Shown: positions 23,298-33,316 of the stretch, piece by piece
Numbering within the stretch: the stretch's first letter is position 1
How the letters are laid out: each line of letters starts with the position of its first letter
From: Candidatus Eiseniibacteriota bacterium
Lineage (GTDB): Bacteria > Eisenbacteria > RBG-16-71-46 > CAIMUX01 > VGJL01
Reading direction: 5' to 3'
Assembly: GCA_016867495.1 (NCBI GenBank)
Contig: VGJL01000002.1
Location: forward strand, 11,185 to 75,184
DNA: 64,000 nt
Notes under the pieces: generated by a model
Seen by the model: the letters and a program-made list of their open reading frames with translations, nothing else
What the model was told of the DNA's origin: nothing
Database searches by the model: none
Position numbers and translations under genes: made by a program

Positions 23298-25952
23298 ATG
23301 GGATCTCGGTTTTCGTTCCTGATCGCGCGTCCGTGCCTCCTCGTGTCCCTGCTCGTCGTCCTGGCGCTTTGCGCGCCGGGTCTCGGAGCTGTGGCGGAAG
23401 CCTCCTTCGCGGGGTTCTCGCGGCCGGCAGCGGAGCCCCGTCCGGAATCGGCTGGCGCGGCCGCGCCGGCCGATCCCGCCGACCGTCGCGAGATCCGAGC
23501 GCTTCGGCTCGACGACGGCGCCGGGATCAATGTGGATGGACGGCTCGATGAGCCGGCCTGGGCGGCGGGCCAGTCGGGGAGCGGATTCCGCCAATGGGAT
23601 CCGGCGAGGGGCGGCGATGCATCAGAGCCGACCGTCTTCAAGGTCGCTTACGACCGGGAGGCGATCTACTTCGCCGTCGCCTGCTTCGAGATCGATCCGA
23701 GCCGCATCACCAAGCGGCTGGCTCGGCGCGATCGATTCAGCAACTCCGATCTCGTCAGCGTCTACATCGATCCCTATCGCGACCGGACGACGGGGTACAA
23801 CTTCCGCGTCAATCCGCTGGGAGTCCAGGAGGACTCCTACGTCTTCGCCGACGGCAACATGGATCGCGATTGGGACGCGGTGTGGGAGGCGGAGACCTAC
23901 GAGGACGACGAGGGATGGTACGCCGAGTTCCGGATCCCGTTCTCCTCGATCCGATACCATCCCGGGGAATCGACGTGGGGCCTTCAGATCTACCGCTACT
24001 TGCACGGGCGGGGCGAGGACACGGCCTGGGTCGTCTGGGACCGGGAGCTGCCCGGCTTCGTGAGCCGCTTCGGGGAACTCACGGGGCTGGAGGGATTGTC
24101 GGCGCCGCGTCAGCTCGAGCTCCTGCCCTACGTGGTCCATCGCACGACCGATGAGGCCGTGACCGGTCCGGAAAAGGCGGATCACTTCGAGAACATCGGC
24201 CTCGACCTCAAGTACGGCCTGACGGCCGATCTGACCCTGAACGCGACCTTCCAGCCGGACTTCGGTCAGGTGGAGGCCGATCCCGCGCTGCTGAACCTCT
24301 CCCCGTACGAGGTGCAGTTCCAGGAGAAGAGGCCCTTCTTCATCGAGGGGAGCCGCTCGTTCGAGCACACCTCGTTCAACCTGTTCTACTCGCGCCGCAT
24401 AGGCACCGCGAGCGAGGATGAGCGGATCCGCTACGCGGCGAAGATCACGGGGAAGACCGCGGGGGATCTCAGCATCGCGATGCTCTTCGCGGCGACGGAC
24501 AGCACGCAGCCGGGCAAGGCCCACAACTTCCTCAGGAGCGGCGATTGTCCCTCCCGTTACCTTGTCGGGAGATTCGGCAAGGAGTTCGCGCGCGGCGACC
24601 ACCGGCTGCACATCATGCAGACGGCCGCGCTGAACAGCGGGTGCCGCGAGAGGTGCGGGGACAAAGGCTCGCGAGAGGCCTACACCACTGGCCTCGATTT
24701 CGACTTTCGCTTCCGCGATCGCCTCTACTCCGTCGTCGGCTCGGCCGTCGGCTCGATCATCGACCCCGAGGGGAATCCCGCCGACTCGATGCCGGCTCCG
24801 TCGGAGTCGTACGGAACGGGGGGAAGCCTCGAGCTTGCGAGAAGGGGCGGGTCGATCCGGGGAGGGATCACGGGATACTGGGCCTCGGGTCGATTGAACC
24901 TGAACGATCTCGGGTATCTGCGGTCGGGGGACGAGATCCGGACGGGCCTCTGGATCTACCGTCCCTACAACCCCGAGGGAGAGGCGCGGCGCGTGAACTC
25001 CGCGAGCCTCAATCTCAACCTCTTCAAGAGCTGGCTCTACGCTGGCCGGACCGGCCGCGACCTGACGACGGGGACTCCGGCCTGGACCTATGGCCCGGGG
25101 CATCCGCGCTTCCTCTCGGTCGAGTGCAACGCCTTCGTGCAGTGGCGAAACTACATGGCGAGCTGGTTCGGCATCAACGGCCACGACGAGGGAACGCAGC
25201 GCCACGAGACGAGAAGCACGGTCCATCTCGAGAGCGGAGACCAAGTCGCGATTCCCGGTGGAGGGCCCCTCGTCAGCGAGCCGGCGACGCTGGGAGGGTG
25301 GATCGGCTCTTCGACGGACGGCCGGAAGAGTTTCGTGGGCGAGGTGAACTTCGATTACTTCGAGGACACGGCAGGCAATGTGTCCAGGGGCGGCAACGCG
25401 AGCGTGAACTGGAGCCAGACCGGCGCGATCCGCCACACCCTGAGCGCGAGCCACAACGTCAGGACCGACGATACCGACCATCTCGGCAACTTCGAGAATC
25501 CGGGCGGCGGCATCGGCGGCGTGAGCTACGTCTTCGGGAGGCTCAAGCAGAGGACCGTCGACCTGACGCTGAGGACGAGCCTCCTGTTCAACAGGAGGCA
25601 GTCCCTCGATCTCTACGCGCAGCCATACGTGACCGTGGGCGACTACAGCGGCGCGCGCGAACTCGCCCGGCCGGACAGCTACGACTTTCGGCCCTACTCC
25701 GCGGAGGGGTTCCGGGCCGGAGACTACGACTTCCGGTACTCCTCCGTGAACCTGAACGTGGTCTACCGGTGGGAGTACCGCCCCGGCAGCGCCCTCTACA
25801 TCGTCTGGACGCAGGGCCGCGAGGGGTATGTCGATCGCGGCTCTTTCTCGGGCTCCGACCGTTTCGACAACGAGATGAGTAGCCGCTCTCTCTTTCGAAA
25901 CGAACCGACCAACACCTTCCTCGCGAAGATCTCCTACTGGTTCCCGGTGTAG
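23298..25952 (+). CDS. CBM9-like / DUF5916-like large secreted (probably outer-membrane-associated) protein
   Basis: Trimmed to MGSRFSFLIARPCLLVSLLVVLALCAPGLGA. The N-terminal part INVDGRLDEPAWAAG...FRQWDP...YDREAIYFAVACFE...WYAEFRIPFSSIRY is CBM9-like. The long beta-rich remainder ends ...FLAKISYWFPV. Confidence 0.65.
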   Translation: MGSRFSFLIARPCLLVSLLVVLALCAPGLGAVAEASFAGFSRPAAEPRPESAGAAAPADPADRREIRALRLDDGAGINVDGRLDEPAWAAGQSGSGFRQWDPARGGDASEPTVFKVAYDREAIYFAVACFEIDPSRITKRLARRDRFSNSDLVSVYIDPYRDRTTGYNFRVNPLGVQEDSYVFADGNMDRDWDAVWEAETYEDDEGWYAEFRIPFSSIRYHPGESTWGLQIYRYLHGRGEDTAWVVWDRELPGFVSRFGELTGLEGLSAPRQLELLPYVVHRTTDEAVTGPEKADHFENIGLDLKYGLTADLTLNATFQPDFGQVEADPALLNLSPYEVQFQEKRPFFIEGSRSFEHTSFNLFYSRRIGTASEDERIRYAAKITGKTAGDLSIAMLFAATDSTQPGKAHNFLRSGDCPSRYLVGRFGKEFARGDHRLHIMQTAALNSGCRERCGDKGSREAYTTGLDFDFRFRDRLYSVVGSAVGSIIDPEGNPADSMPAPSESYGTGGSLELARRGGSIRGGITGYWASGRLNLNDLGYLRSGDEIRTGLWIYRPYNPEGEARRVNSASLNLNLFKSWLYAGRTGRDLTTGTPAWTYGPGHPRFLSVECNAFVQWRNYMASWFGINGHDEGTQRHETRSTVHLESGDQVAIPGGGPLVSEPATLGGWIGSSTDGRKSFVGEVNFDYFEDTAGNVSRGGNASVNWSQTGAIRHTLSASHNVRTDDTDHLGNFENPGGGIGGVSYVFGRLKQRTVDLTLRTSLLFNRRQSLDLYAQPYVTVGDYSGARELARPDSYDFRPYSAEGFRAGDYDFRYSSVNLNVVYRWEYRPGSALYIVWTQGREGYVDRGSFSGSDRFDNEMSSRSLFRNEPTNTFLAKISYWFPV

Positions 25953-25982
25953 GCAAGTCAGGACGAAGCCTGTCGCGCCTGC

Positions 25983-27920
25983 TCAGTTCAAGATGACGAG
26001 CTTCCTCGTGGACGAGAACGCGCCCGAGCGCATCGAGGCCCAGTAGACTCCGGCTCCGACGCTCTTGCCCGCGTCGCTCTTGCCGTCCCACGCGGCCGTG
26101 TGCCCGCCCTGCTCCATCGGGCCATCGACGAGAGTCCGGACGAGCCGTCCCCCGACATCGAAGATCCGGATCTCGACATGCTTGGGCGCGGCCAGGCTGA
26201 AGCGGATCGTCGTCCGCCCCGATGCCGGATTGGGCTCGGTTCCCCAGAGCCGGTCGATAGGCACCTCGGACTCCCCGGCCGCATCGGCTGGGTAAGGCCA
26301 TGTGCCCTGATCGATGGCGAGGTCCTCGGTCTCGGTGAGCCTTGGGATCTGGTCGTTCGTGGGCACCCCGAACGCCCACCGGAGCGCATCGCCGATCTCG
26401 CCTGCCGCCGCGGCGAAGATCGCCGGCGGGTCCGTGCGGCAATGATCCTCCGCGGGAAGAGCGAGGCAACTCCAGCTCACCCCGTCGAGGACCGTTCTGT
26501 AGTTGCCGTCCGTCGCGGTCCAGCTGTTTCGGATCTGGCCCCAGTAGAGGTCAGGGGAGCCGTCCAACGCGGCGTAGTAGCGGCTGCCTGTCCCTGCGGT
26601 CGGGGACAGGATGGAGAAGGTCGTCCCCGGGATGACCTCGGAGATCCCTGGCGCCCAGCGGAAGCACTCGTCGGCGGCGTAGGTCCCAGTGAAGCCGGCG
26701 CCCAGGACCTCCTGCATGAAGGGGCGTCCGTACGTCGGGAACTCGTTCAGGATCTGCCCGGCGAAGTTGCCGTTCATCACGAAGGCCTGGCGGTACTCGT
26801 TGGCGCCGGAGTCCGGCGTCGTGAGCCACCAGCGGTACAGCGCGTAGTCCCAGTCCTCGGTCGTCCCCGGGCCATGGTTTCCGGTGCTCAAGAGGATAGT
26901 CCGGTACCCGAGGATCTGATTCAGGGTCATCCCATTGTTGCTGCCCACGATCGCGCCGCGGGCGAATGGGGCGTTCCAGTTTGACGATGCGTCGAGGTAA
27001 TCGTAGCGGTCCCAGTGTGGGAAGAAGGGGAGCGGGCAACCGTCCTCGTCCTGGCAGGGCGGTGAGCCGTGCAGGACGGTCGCGAGAGCGTTCTCAATGT
27101 AGAATTGCGCGCCTCGGTTGTCCGCATCTATGTACAAGGTTGCGGGCTGGAAGACGCAGAAGTTGAAGCCGGGCACGTAGCAGTTCGGCACGTAGGCGGT
27201 GCGGAGGCCGGGAAGGACCTCGAACTCGAAGAAGAAGCCGCCCGTGGTGTCGGGGTGGTAGGCGAGCTCGTCGGGTTGGTTCACGTAGTTGGCCGTGAAG
27301 AAGTACTCGATCTTGGTGCCGGGAAAGAGCACGTCGTCCCAGATCATCTCGTTCTCCGGGTTGCCCTCGCCGACGAAGTCGTCGTCCTGTTCGCGGAAGT
27401 TGGACAGGAACTTGTGCCTGTAGGGGCTACTGCCCAGCTGCGCGGAGTCCATCCAACCCCAAGTGAACTCGGGTCGGAAAGGCCGATCGATGGCCAGCCC
27501 GTCGGCGACCCTGTCCCTCCAGACCTTGTAGCGGGTCTGGAAGCCCATCGCGACATCGGACTGGAGGGGGGCCCGGCGGGCGAGGCGCCACCACATCTTG
27601 GCCTCCCAGCGGGTGTTCGGATCGGAGGATGGCATCGGCCCCACGATCACGAGGCTGTCCCCGCAATAGTCCTTCCGGTCTGCGCTGTCCATGAACTTGT
27701 CAAACACGATGTTGGCTGGACCGGGAGCTCGGGGATCGTAGAGTATCGTCGGGTAGCTCCCCACGTCCTGGAAGCGCATCCCGAAATCGGTCTGGATCGC
27801 CGGCCCTGTGGGCTGTCTCATGGCCCCGGTCGCGAGGATGGAACCAGGCTCAGGTTCGGCGGTCGCAGAGGCGAAGGAAACGGCGGCAAGCAGGATTGCG
27901 AGAGTCGCGAGCGTCTTCAT
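25983..27920 (-). CDS. Secreted protein of unknown function with a FlgD-Ig/T9SS-like C-terminal domain
   Basis: 645 aa. Signal peptide MKTLATLAILLAAVSFASA. C-terminal ~85 aa EPNPASGRTTIRFSLAAPKHVEIRIFDVGGRLVRTL...GVYWASMRSGAFSSTRKLVILN. Confidence 0.65.
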   Translation of the reverse strand: MKTLATLAILLAAVSFASATAEPEPGSILATGAMRQPTGPAIQTDFGMRFQDVGSYPTILYDPRAPGPANIVFDKFMDSADRKDYCGDSLVIVGPMPSSDPNTRWEAKMWWRLARRAPLQSDVAMGFQTRYKVWRDRVADGLAIDRPFRPEFTWGWMDSAQLGSSPYRHKFLSNFREQDDDFVGEGNPENEMIWDDVLFPGTKIEYFFTANYVNQPDELAYHPDTTGGFFFEFEVLPGLRTAYVPNCYVPGFNFCVFQPATLYIDADNRGAQFYIENALATVLHGSPPCQDEDGCPLPFFPHWDRYDYLDASSNWNAPFARGAIVGSNNGMTLNQILGYRTILLSTGNHGPGTTEDWDYALYRWWLTTPDSGANEYRQAFVMNGNFAGQILNEFPTYGRPFMQEVLGAGFTGTYAADECFRWAPGISEVIPGTTFSILSPTAGTGSRYYAALDGSPDLYWGQIRNSWTATDGNYRTVLDGVSWSCLALPAEDHCRTDPPAIFAAAAGEIGDALRWAFGVPTNDQIPRLTETEDLAIDQGTWPYPADAAGESEVPIDRLWGTEPNPASGRTTIRFSLAAPKHVEIRIFDVGGRLVRTLVDGPMEQGGHTAAWDGKSDAGKSVGAGVYWASMRSGAFSSTRKLVILN

Positions 27921-28256
27921 GGTGGGCCCCCTTTCGACTGGTCTCGAGAGAGTGGCGTCTGGCCAGGAGAGGGGGGACGGCCTGGCCGGACTTGCCGGTG
28001 GGCCCTAGGGTGCGGCCTGCCTCAGCGCTTGGTGTGCGGCTGGATGCTGGGGCAACGCGCCTGCGACGGGCCTGCCTGACCTATCGGGCCCCAGGAGACC
28101 TCTCGAAACAAGTCACCCGGCATCGGCGCGATGGAATGTCGGCAGCGCCTATCTGTGGTAAATATAACTGTCATCGGGCGCCCCGTCAATCCGGCCTGCA
28201 GAATCGCTGCCGGTCGGATCGCCTTCGGGAGTCAACAGGGCGCCGGCAAGGGACAA

Positions 28257-29822
28257 GTGGCTGAAGAGGAAAGAACGCCGGATCTCGCCTCCGCGGCCGT
28301 CGCCAACGCGGTGACCGCGATCCTGCCTCGCATCTCCGGCCTCGCTGTCGCGATCTTCCTGACCCCCTTCGTGCTGGGGCACCTCGGACAGGCTCTCTAC
28401 GGCGTCCTCGTCGCGGTCGGATCCCTCTACGAGTATCTATCGGTCCTCAGGGGCGGAATGGGCGCCGCGCTGCGCCGCTACGTGACGGTCTCCTTCCACG
28501 CGGGCAAGCGCGAGCAGGCGCGCGAGTACTACGCCGCCGGCTTCTGGTGGGGGGGGGTCTTCCGGACCTTCATCTTCCTGCTGGGGCTGTCTCTCGCCGA
28601 GCCTCTCTGCCACTTCCTGAATCTGCCGGCCGAGTTCCTCCACGATGGGGCTTGGGGGGTGGCCCTGATCCTGACGGCGGCGATCATCGGGGACGCCGCC
28701 TTGATGCTCGACATCCCCATCTACGTGACGGGGCGGACGGCGCGGCTGTCAGTCCTGCGGACGTTCGCGGTCTGGTCGAAGCTGGCCATAACGGTCCTCG
28801 CCTTTCACTTCTTCGTCCCGAGCCTTCGTGTCCTCGGTGGAGCGGCAATCGTGATCGAGGCGATCCCGCTCCTGGTCATGATCTGGATGTCGCAGAAGGC
28901 GGGGACGGTGGGGGCCGCGATCCCGCGGCCGCGCTTCGGAAGGCCGGAAGTGCGCCGCGAGCTCTTCCGCTACGGGGGACTCGCGCTGCTCTCGCAGGCG
29001 GCCGCCCTGCTCTACATCTCGACCGACAATCTCCTGATCGGCCGCATCTACGGCACAGCGGCAGTGACGCACTACTCCCTCGGGGCCCGCTGGTCGCCGT
29101 TCATCCTGAGCTTTCTCGTGACCGCGGTCTATGCCCTCACTCCGCTCTTTACCCGGCTCGACGCCCAGGGGGAATCGGAGCGCAGCCGGAGCGCTCTGCT
29201 GCGGGTTGTAGGGGTGACCTCCGCGCTGGCGGTTCCGGCGTGCCTGGTTCCCTGCGTCGTGAGCGACATGTTCCTCGTCCACTGGGTCGGCCCGGAGTAC
29301 CGTCGATCGGCGGTCTACATGATCGCGATGCTCGCGCCGTCGATGCTCGATGCCGCTCTGGCGCCGATCTGGATGGCGCTGACCGCTCGCGGGCGGATCG
29401 GATGGATCACAGCGGGGGAGCTGATCGTCGCGCTCGGAAACGTGGCTCTGAGCCTCGTTCTCGCGCTCGTGTTTCATCTCGAGCTGCTCGGATTCGCTCT
29501 GGGCAACACCGCGGCGCTTCTTGCGAAGAACCTGCTCCTGCGGCCGCTCGCCAGCCGCAGGGATCCCGATGTCCCGTCGGCCCGGGAGTTCCTGGGCCCG
29601 CTGGGCAGGGCGTTCGCCGGAGGGCTCCCCGCCCTCGTGCTCTTGTACATTACGAGGGGGCTCTACGATGGCAGCCTGGCGCAGGTCGTGATCGCGGGAT
29701 TCGCCGGCGGCGCGATCTGCCTTGCGGGATCCTCCCTCGCCGCTCTGGGCCCCAAGGGAGTCCGCTCCGTGATCGACATCCTGCGCAGGGAGCTGATGAG
29801 GCGACGCCCGGCCGGCTTCTAG
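28257..29822 (+). CDS. Polysaccharide/oligosaccharide flippase (MOP/Wzx-like)
   Basis: Track ORF trimmed to the in-frame GTG at 28257. About 12-14 hydrophobic helices with Arg-rich loops, typical of Wzx/MOP flippases. The start is uncertain. Confidence 0.7.
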   Translation: MAEEERTPDLASAAVANAVTAILPRISGLAVAIFLTPFVLGHLGQALYGVLVAVGSLYEYLSVLRGGMGAALRRYVTVSFHAGKREQAREYYAAGFWWGGVFRTFIFLLGLSLAEPLCHFLNLPAEFLHDGAWGVALILTAAIIGDAALMLDIPIYVTGRTARLSVLRTFAVWSKLAITVLAFHFFVPSLRVLGGAAIVIEAIPLLVMIWMSQKAGTVGAAIPRPRFGRPEVRRELFRYGGLALLSQAAALLYISTDNLLIGRIYGTAAVTHYSLGARWSPFILSFLVTAVYALTPLFTRLDAQGESERSRSALLRVVGVTSALAVPACLVPCVVSDMFLVHWVGPEYRRSAVYMIAMLAPSMLDAALAPIWMALTARGRIGWITAGELIVALGNVALSLVLALVFHLELLGFALGNTAALLAKNLLLRPLASRRDPDVPSAREFLGPLGRAFAGGLPALVLLYITRGLYDGSLAQVVIAGFAGGAICLAGSSLAALGPKGVRSVIDILRRELMRRRPAGF

Positions 29823-29871
29823 GCTCTCCTGACTGAATCTGACAAGCCGGCATGCTTGCCGCGAGGCCGAC

Positions 29872-29945
29872 GGACCCCGACGGCTCCCCTTCGCCCCGCT
29901 ATGTTCGCGTTCGCGGCGCGGGGCTTCGGGAACCCGTCGGGGTCC
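29872..29945. terminator. Nested hairpin between the convergent flippase and GT4 genes
   Basis: Outer 12-bp stem GGACCCCGACGG (29872-29883) / CCGTCGGGGTCC (29934-29945). Inner stem GCCCCGC (29893-29899) / GCGGGGC (29918-29924). No U-tract. Confidence 0.35.
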
Positions 29946-30091
29946 CCGGACGCCCCGGGTGGAGCGCTGATGGCCCGCGCCGCTCGCGCCCTGTCACTCA
30001 GCGAGCGGAGCGGGCCGCAGCGCGACACCGAACTGGGCGGACACTCTCCAGGAGAGCGTCGCGGACGCAGCCAGCCCGCTCCCCGCCTTGC

Positions 30092-31306
30092 TCACTGAGC
30101 CTCGTCCACGTCCGCCAGTCTGATGCCGAAGGTCCGGCACAGGATCGGCAAGACCGCGGCAGAGTCGAAGCGGCGCGCCGCCTTCCGCCCGGCCTCCCCC
30201 ATCGAGCGACGCAGTTCGGGATCGGCCGCGAGACGGACCATGCACTCCATGAGGGAGGCCGCGTCGCCGGGCTCGCAGAGAAGCCCCGTGGCATCATGAG
30301 CGACGATCTCGGGAAGCGCGCGGAAGCGGGTCGCGATCACCGGGAGGCCGTGCGTCATCGCCTCGATCACGACCGCGGGGTATCCCTCCGTCGGCCAGGC
30401 CGTAGGAAGCGCGAGGATGTCGGACGAGCGGAGGACCTCGGGGATTCGCTCGTGCGCGACCTCCCCGCGATGGACAATCAGGTCCTTCATCTCAATGAGG
30501 ATCTGTCTTGCCTCCGCCAGGACGCCGTCGACCTCAGGTCCGTAGATGTCGAGGCGCGATGCGACACCGCGCGCCGAGAGCCGTTCGTGCGCGCCGCGGA
30601 ACGCCTCGATGAGAGGGAGAATCCCCTTCTCGCGCTTCACCTGGCCCAGGTAGAGGAAGCGGACCTCGCCGGCGGGCTTCTCGGCGGGCCTACCCCCGCC
30701 GGCCGCGCCGGCCGGAGCCAAGGCGACATCGAGAGGCGAGGAGCCGAGGTCGGTCCAGTTGGGGATGACGGACAGATTGGGGAACTCCTCCCGGAGAGAT
30801 CGCCTGAGCTGCTCCGTCTGGACGCCGACCGCCCGCGCGCGGCGGAAGGCAAAGCGGACCCCCGCCCTGCACGCCGGCGCGAGGGAGGAGTAGTAGACAT
30901 CGAAGCCGCCGCCCTGGACATAGATCCCGGCCTTCTTGCCGAGCAACGATGCGATGACGCTGAAGAGGGATCCTGCCGTGGCCGCGAAGCGCTGGGAGCC
31001 GTAGATCAGGATCGTGTCGCACCGACCGATCTGCTTCATGAAGGAAGCGAAGATCCCCGCGAACGGCCCCAGGACTCTCTTCGAGGCAAGGGAGTAGCCT
31101 CGCTTGCTCCCCGAAGTCGTGTTGATGACGGCGACATCAGCCGCCGCGCGCCCGCGGACGAAGCGTACGAGCGCGTCGAACGGGATGCTCGTCCCGCACT
31201 CGGGCGGTGGGCGGGGCCCGATCAGGAGGATCCGCTGGCGGCGCTGGGCGGCGGGCCGATCCTGCGCGGGTCGCGGCCCGCGGGGCGCGACGGGTGCGCC
31301 GCTCAT
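30092..31306 (-). CDS. Glycosyltransferase family 4 (GT-B)
   Basis: Trimmed to the ATG at 31306, which overlaps (ATGA) the stop of the upstream sugar transferase. C-terminal EX7E-type region LPTAWPTEGYPAVVIEAMTHGLPVIATR. Confidence 0.8.
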   Translation of the reverse strand: MSGAPVAPRGPRPAQDRPAAQRRQRILLIGPRPPPECGTSIPFDALVRFVRGRAAADVAVINTTSGSKRGYSLASKRVLGPFAGIFASFMKQIGRCDTILIYGSQRFAATAGSLFSVIASLLGKKAGIYVQGGGFDVYYSSLAPACRAGVRFAFRRARAVGVQTEQLRRSLREEFPNLSVIPNWTDLGSSPLDVALAPAGAAGGGRPAEKPAGEVRFLYLGQVKREKGILPLIEAFRGAHERLSARGVASRLDIYGPEVDGVLAEARQILIEMKDLIVHRGEVAHERIPEVLRSSDILALPTAWPTEGYPAVVIEAMTHGLPVIATRFRALPEIVAHDATGLLCEPGDAASLMECMVRLAADPELRRSMGEAGRKAARRFDSAAVLPILCRTFGIRLADVDEAQ

Positions 31307-31998
31307 GAGCCGTTCCCGTGCCCGCCGGCAGCATCCTTGCGCCGCGCGGCTTCTTCCCTTTCCCGCTGCTTCGTCTTCCAGTAGTCGATGTCGGAGATCT
31401 GATCCGCTCCGCTCAACAACAGGGGGGCCGTCCGGAGGATGATCGAGAGATCCATCCAGAGGCTGAGGCGCGCGACGTACTCGAGATCGAGCCGGATCCG
31501 CTCGGGCCAACGGATCGCCCCGCGCCCCTTGATCTGCGCCCAGCCGGTGATCCCCGGGCGCACGAGGAGACGGCCTTTCTGCTCTTCGTCGTACTGCTCC
31601 ACCTGGTAGCGGAGTCCGGGGCGCGGGCCCACGACGCTCATGTCGCCCCGGATGACGTTGAGGACTTGCGCCAGCTCATCGAGGCTCAGCCGGCGGAGGA
31701 CGCGGCCGACCCGGGTGATCCGCGAGTCGCCCTTCTCGACGAGGATTCCGGCTCCCTTCGTCTCCGCTCCGGGGACCATCGAACGGAACTTGAGGAGGTC
31801 GAAGGGCCGTCCCCCGCGGCCGATCCGCTCCTGGCGATAGAGGACGGGACCGCCGTCCTCGATCTTGATGAGGCAGGAGATCAAGAGCATGAGCGGGCCG
31901 GCGAGGATCAGGGCGAAGGCGGCGATGACGAGATCGAGAGGCCGCTTGCCGAAGCGCGCGTAGAAGCCCGCCGGGGGAGAGCCTGGCGAGGGTCTCAT
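31303..31998 (-). CDS. Undecaprenyl-phosphate sugar phosphotransferase (small PglC/WbaP-C-terminal type)
   Basis: 231 aa from the ATG at 31998: KRPLDLVIAAFALILAGPLMLL...LKFRSM...DELAQVLNVIRGDMSVVGPRP...RPGITGWAQI. ATGA overlap with the LarA-like stop. Confidence 0.9.
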   Translation of the reverse strand: MRPSPGSPPAGFYARFGKRPLDLVIAAFALILAGPLMLLISCLIKIEDGGPVLYRQERIGRGGRPFDLLKFRSMVPGAETKGAGILVEKGDSRITRVGRVLRRLSLDELAQVLNVIRGDMSVVGPRPGLRYQVEQYDEEQKGRLLVRPGITGWAQIKGRGAIRWPERIRLDLEYVARLSLWMDLSIILRTAPLLLSGADQISDIDYWKTKQREREEAARRKDAAGGHGNGS

Positions 31999-33269
31999 CC
32001 CTCCTCCCTCCCCGGCGCTCCCGCCGGTATCGAGAGGGGCGCCGACGGGATCACGGTCATCCTCCCGCCCCGGGGATGACGCTCCTCGAGATAGGCGAGG
32101 ACCTCCTCCCACCGGCGCGCGTGGGGATAGCCGGTCCAGAACGAACGCCGCACGTCCAGGGTCGAGAGGGCGGGCGCAAAGACGATCAGTCCGCGCCCCT
32201 CGAGATAGGGACGGGGCCCCGGCTGCCGGTAGAGGCGCATGCCCGGGCCGTGGAGGCTGTGGTGGCCGACGCCCGCGCCGCACGCGGCGGCTATGATCAC
32301 AGTTCCGCCTTCGCGCGCGAGGGGCGAATCGCTCGCGCGGTAGGCGTTGAAGGCGTTTCCCGCCTGGAGAAGCTCTCCGTCCTTCGGATAGGCGTTCAAG
32401 AGAACCGCGTCGGCGCGGGGGATGATCTCCGTCCTGAGCGCGCGGCGCGCGAAGTCGACCGCCGCGCGATGGGCTTTGATGGGATGGCCGTAGAAGTGGC
32501 CGAGGGGCTGCCGGCGGGATCCGGGAACGATGTTCACCACAGCCTGGAGTCCCGCCTGGATCGCGATCTCCTCGATCTCGGCGCGCGCCTGATTCCCCTC
32601 GATGACGCAGACGCCCGCGCCGGAAAGGCCGGTCACGGCGGGCCTGTGGTTCATCTCGAGCGTCTCGATCCCCGCGAGGCCGGGCAGGACGATCTTGCAT
32701 CCGCCGCCGAAGCCGGCATAAGGATGCGGCATCACCGATCCGACCGCGATCTTGAGATCCCGCTCCAGGAAGGTCCTGTTGATTCGAACGGGGATGCCGC
32801 GGCGGGATCGGCCCAGATCGACCAGCTCCTCGTACGGATGGTGGTTCACGACCTCGCACGAGGCGAGCGCGCGCTCGCCGAGCTTCGCGCGCAGTTCCGG
32901 GAGACGGAGGGGAGCATGCGCTCCGATTGCGACGATCACGGCGACCCGCTCGGGAGGAATCCCGGCGGCGTCGAGCCGGTCGAGGATCGCCTCGATCGCC
33001 GGCCCGGCCGCGGAGGGCCGCGTGATGTCCTCGACCGCGATCGCTGCGCTCCCGCATCCCCGCGCGAGCCGCTCGAGCGGCGGAGCCTCGATCGGGCTAT
33101 CGAGCGCTTCTTCCAGGGTGGGCCCGGGCGCCGCGCCCCCGGCATCGGAAGGAAGCTCGCCCGCGAGCTTGGCGATGTCGCATCTCCAGCCGGCTGGAAC
33201 TGGCAGCTCGAGATCGCTCTCCTCCGCCCACGCTCCCCAGGGAATCCGGATCGAATCAGGCGCGGGCAT
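31995..33269 (-). CDS. LarA-like (DUF2088) nickel-pincer-cofactor-dependent racemase/epimerase homolog
   Basis: 424 aa. Contains VAIGAHAP, GSVMPHPYAGFGGGCKIVLPG and LEMNH, which by eye correspond to the LarA His/His-Lys/His catalytic and cofactor-binding motifs. Confidence 0.7.
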   Translation of the reverse strand: MPAPDSIRIPWGAWAEESDLELPVPAGWRCDIAKLAGELPSDAGGAAPGPTLEEALDSPIEAPPLERLARGCGSAAIAVEDITRPSAAGPAIEAILDRLDAAGIPPERVAVIVAIGAHAPLRLPELRAKLGERALASCEVVNHHPYEELVDLGRSRRGIPVRINRTFLERDLKIAVGSVMPHPYAGFGGGCKIVLPGLAGIETLEMNHRPAVTGLSGAGVCVIEGNQARAEIEEIAIQAGLQAVVNIVPGSRRQPLGHFYGHPIKAHRAAVDFARRALRTEIIPRADAVLLNAYPKDGELLQAGNAFNAYRASDSPLAREGGTVIIAAACGAGVGHHSLHGPGMRLYRQPGPRPYLEGRGLIVFAPALSTLDVRRSFWTGYPHARRWEEVLAYLEERHPRGGRMTVIPSAPLSIPAGAPGREEG

Positions 33270-33316
33270 CCGGTCTCAGCTCCGCGCGGCTTCGATCGAC
33301 GCTGTCCTGAACGATC

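Noticed and set aside
23622-25481. Very long antisense ORFs: 23622..25481 (-) 619 aa, 44860..46698 (+) 612 aa, 59793..61601 (+) 602 aa, 32076..33827 (+) 583 aa, 35405..37057 (+) 550 aa, 35781..37571 (-) 596 aa, 29852..31384 (+) 510 aa, 48828..50564 (-) 578 aa, and others
   Set aside because: All are Arg/Gly/Pro/Asp-rich with no recognisable motifs, and each lies exactly opposite or out of frame to a gene with clear family signatures. These are typical shadow ORFs of high-GC DNA, where stop codons are rare.
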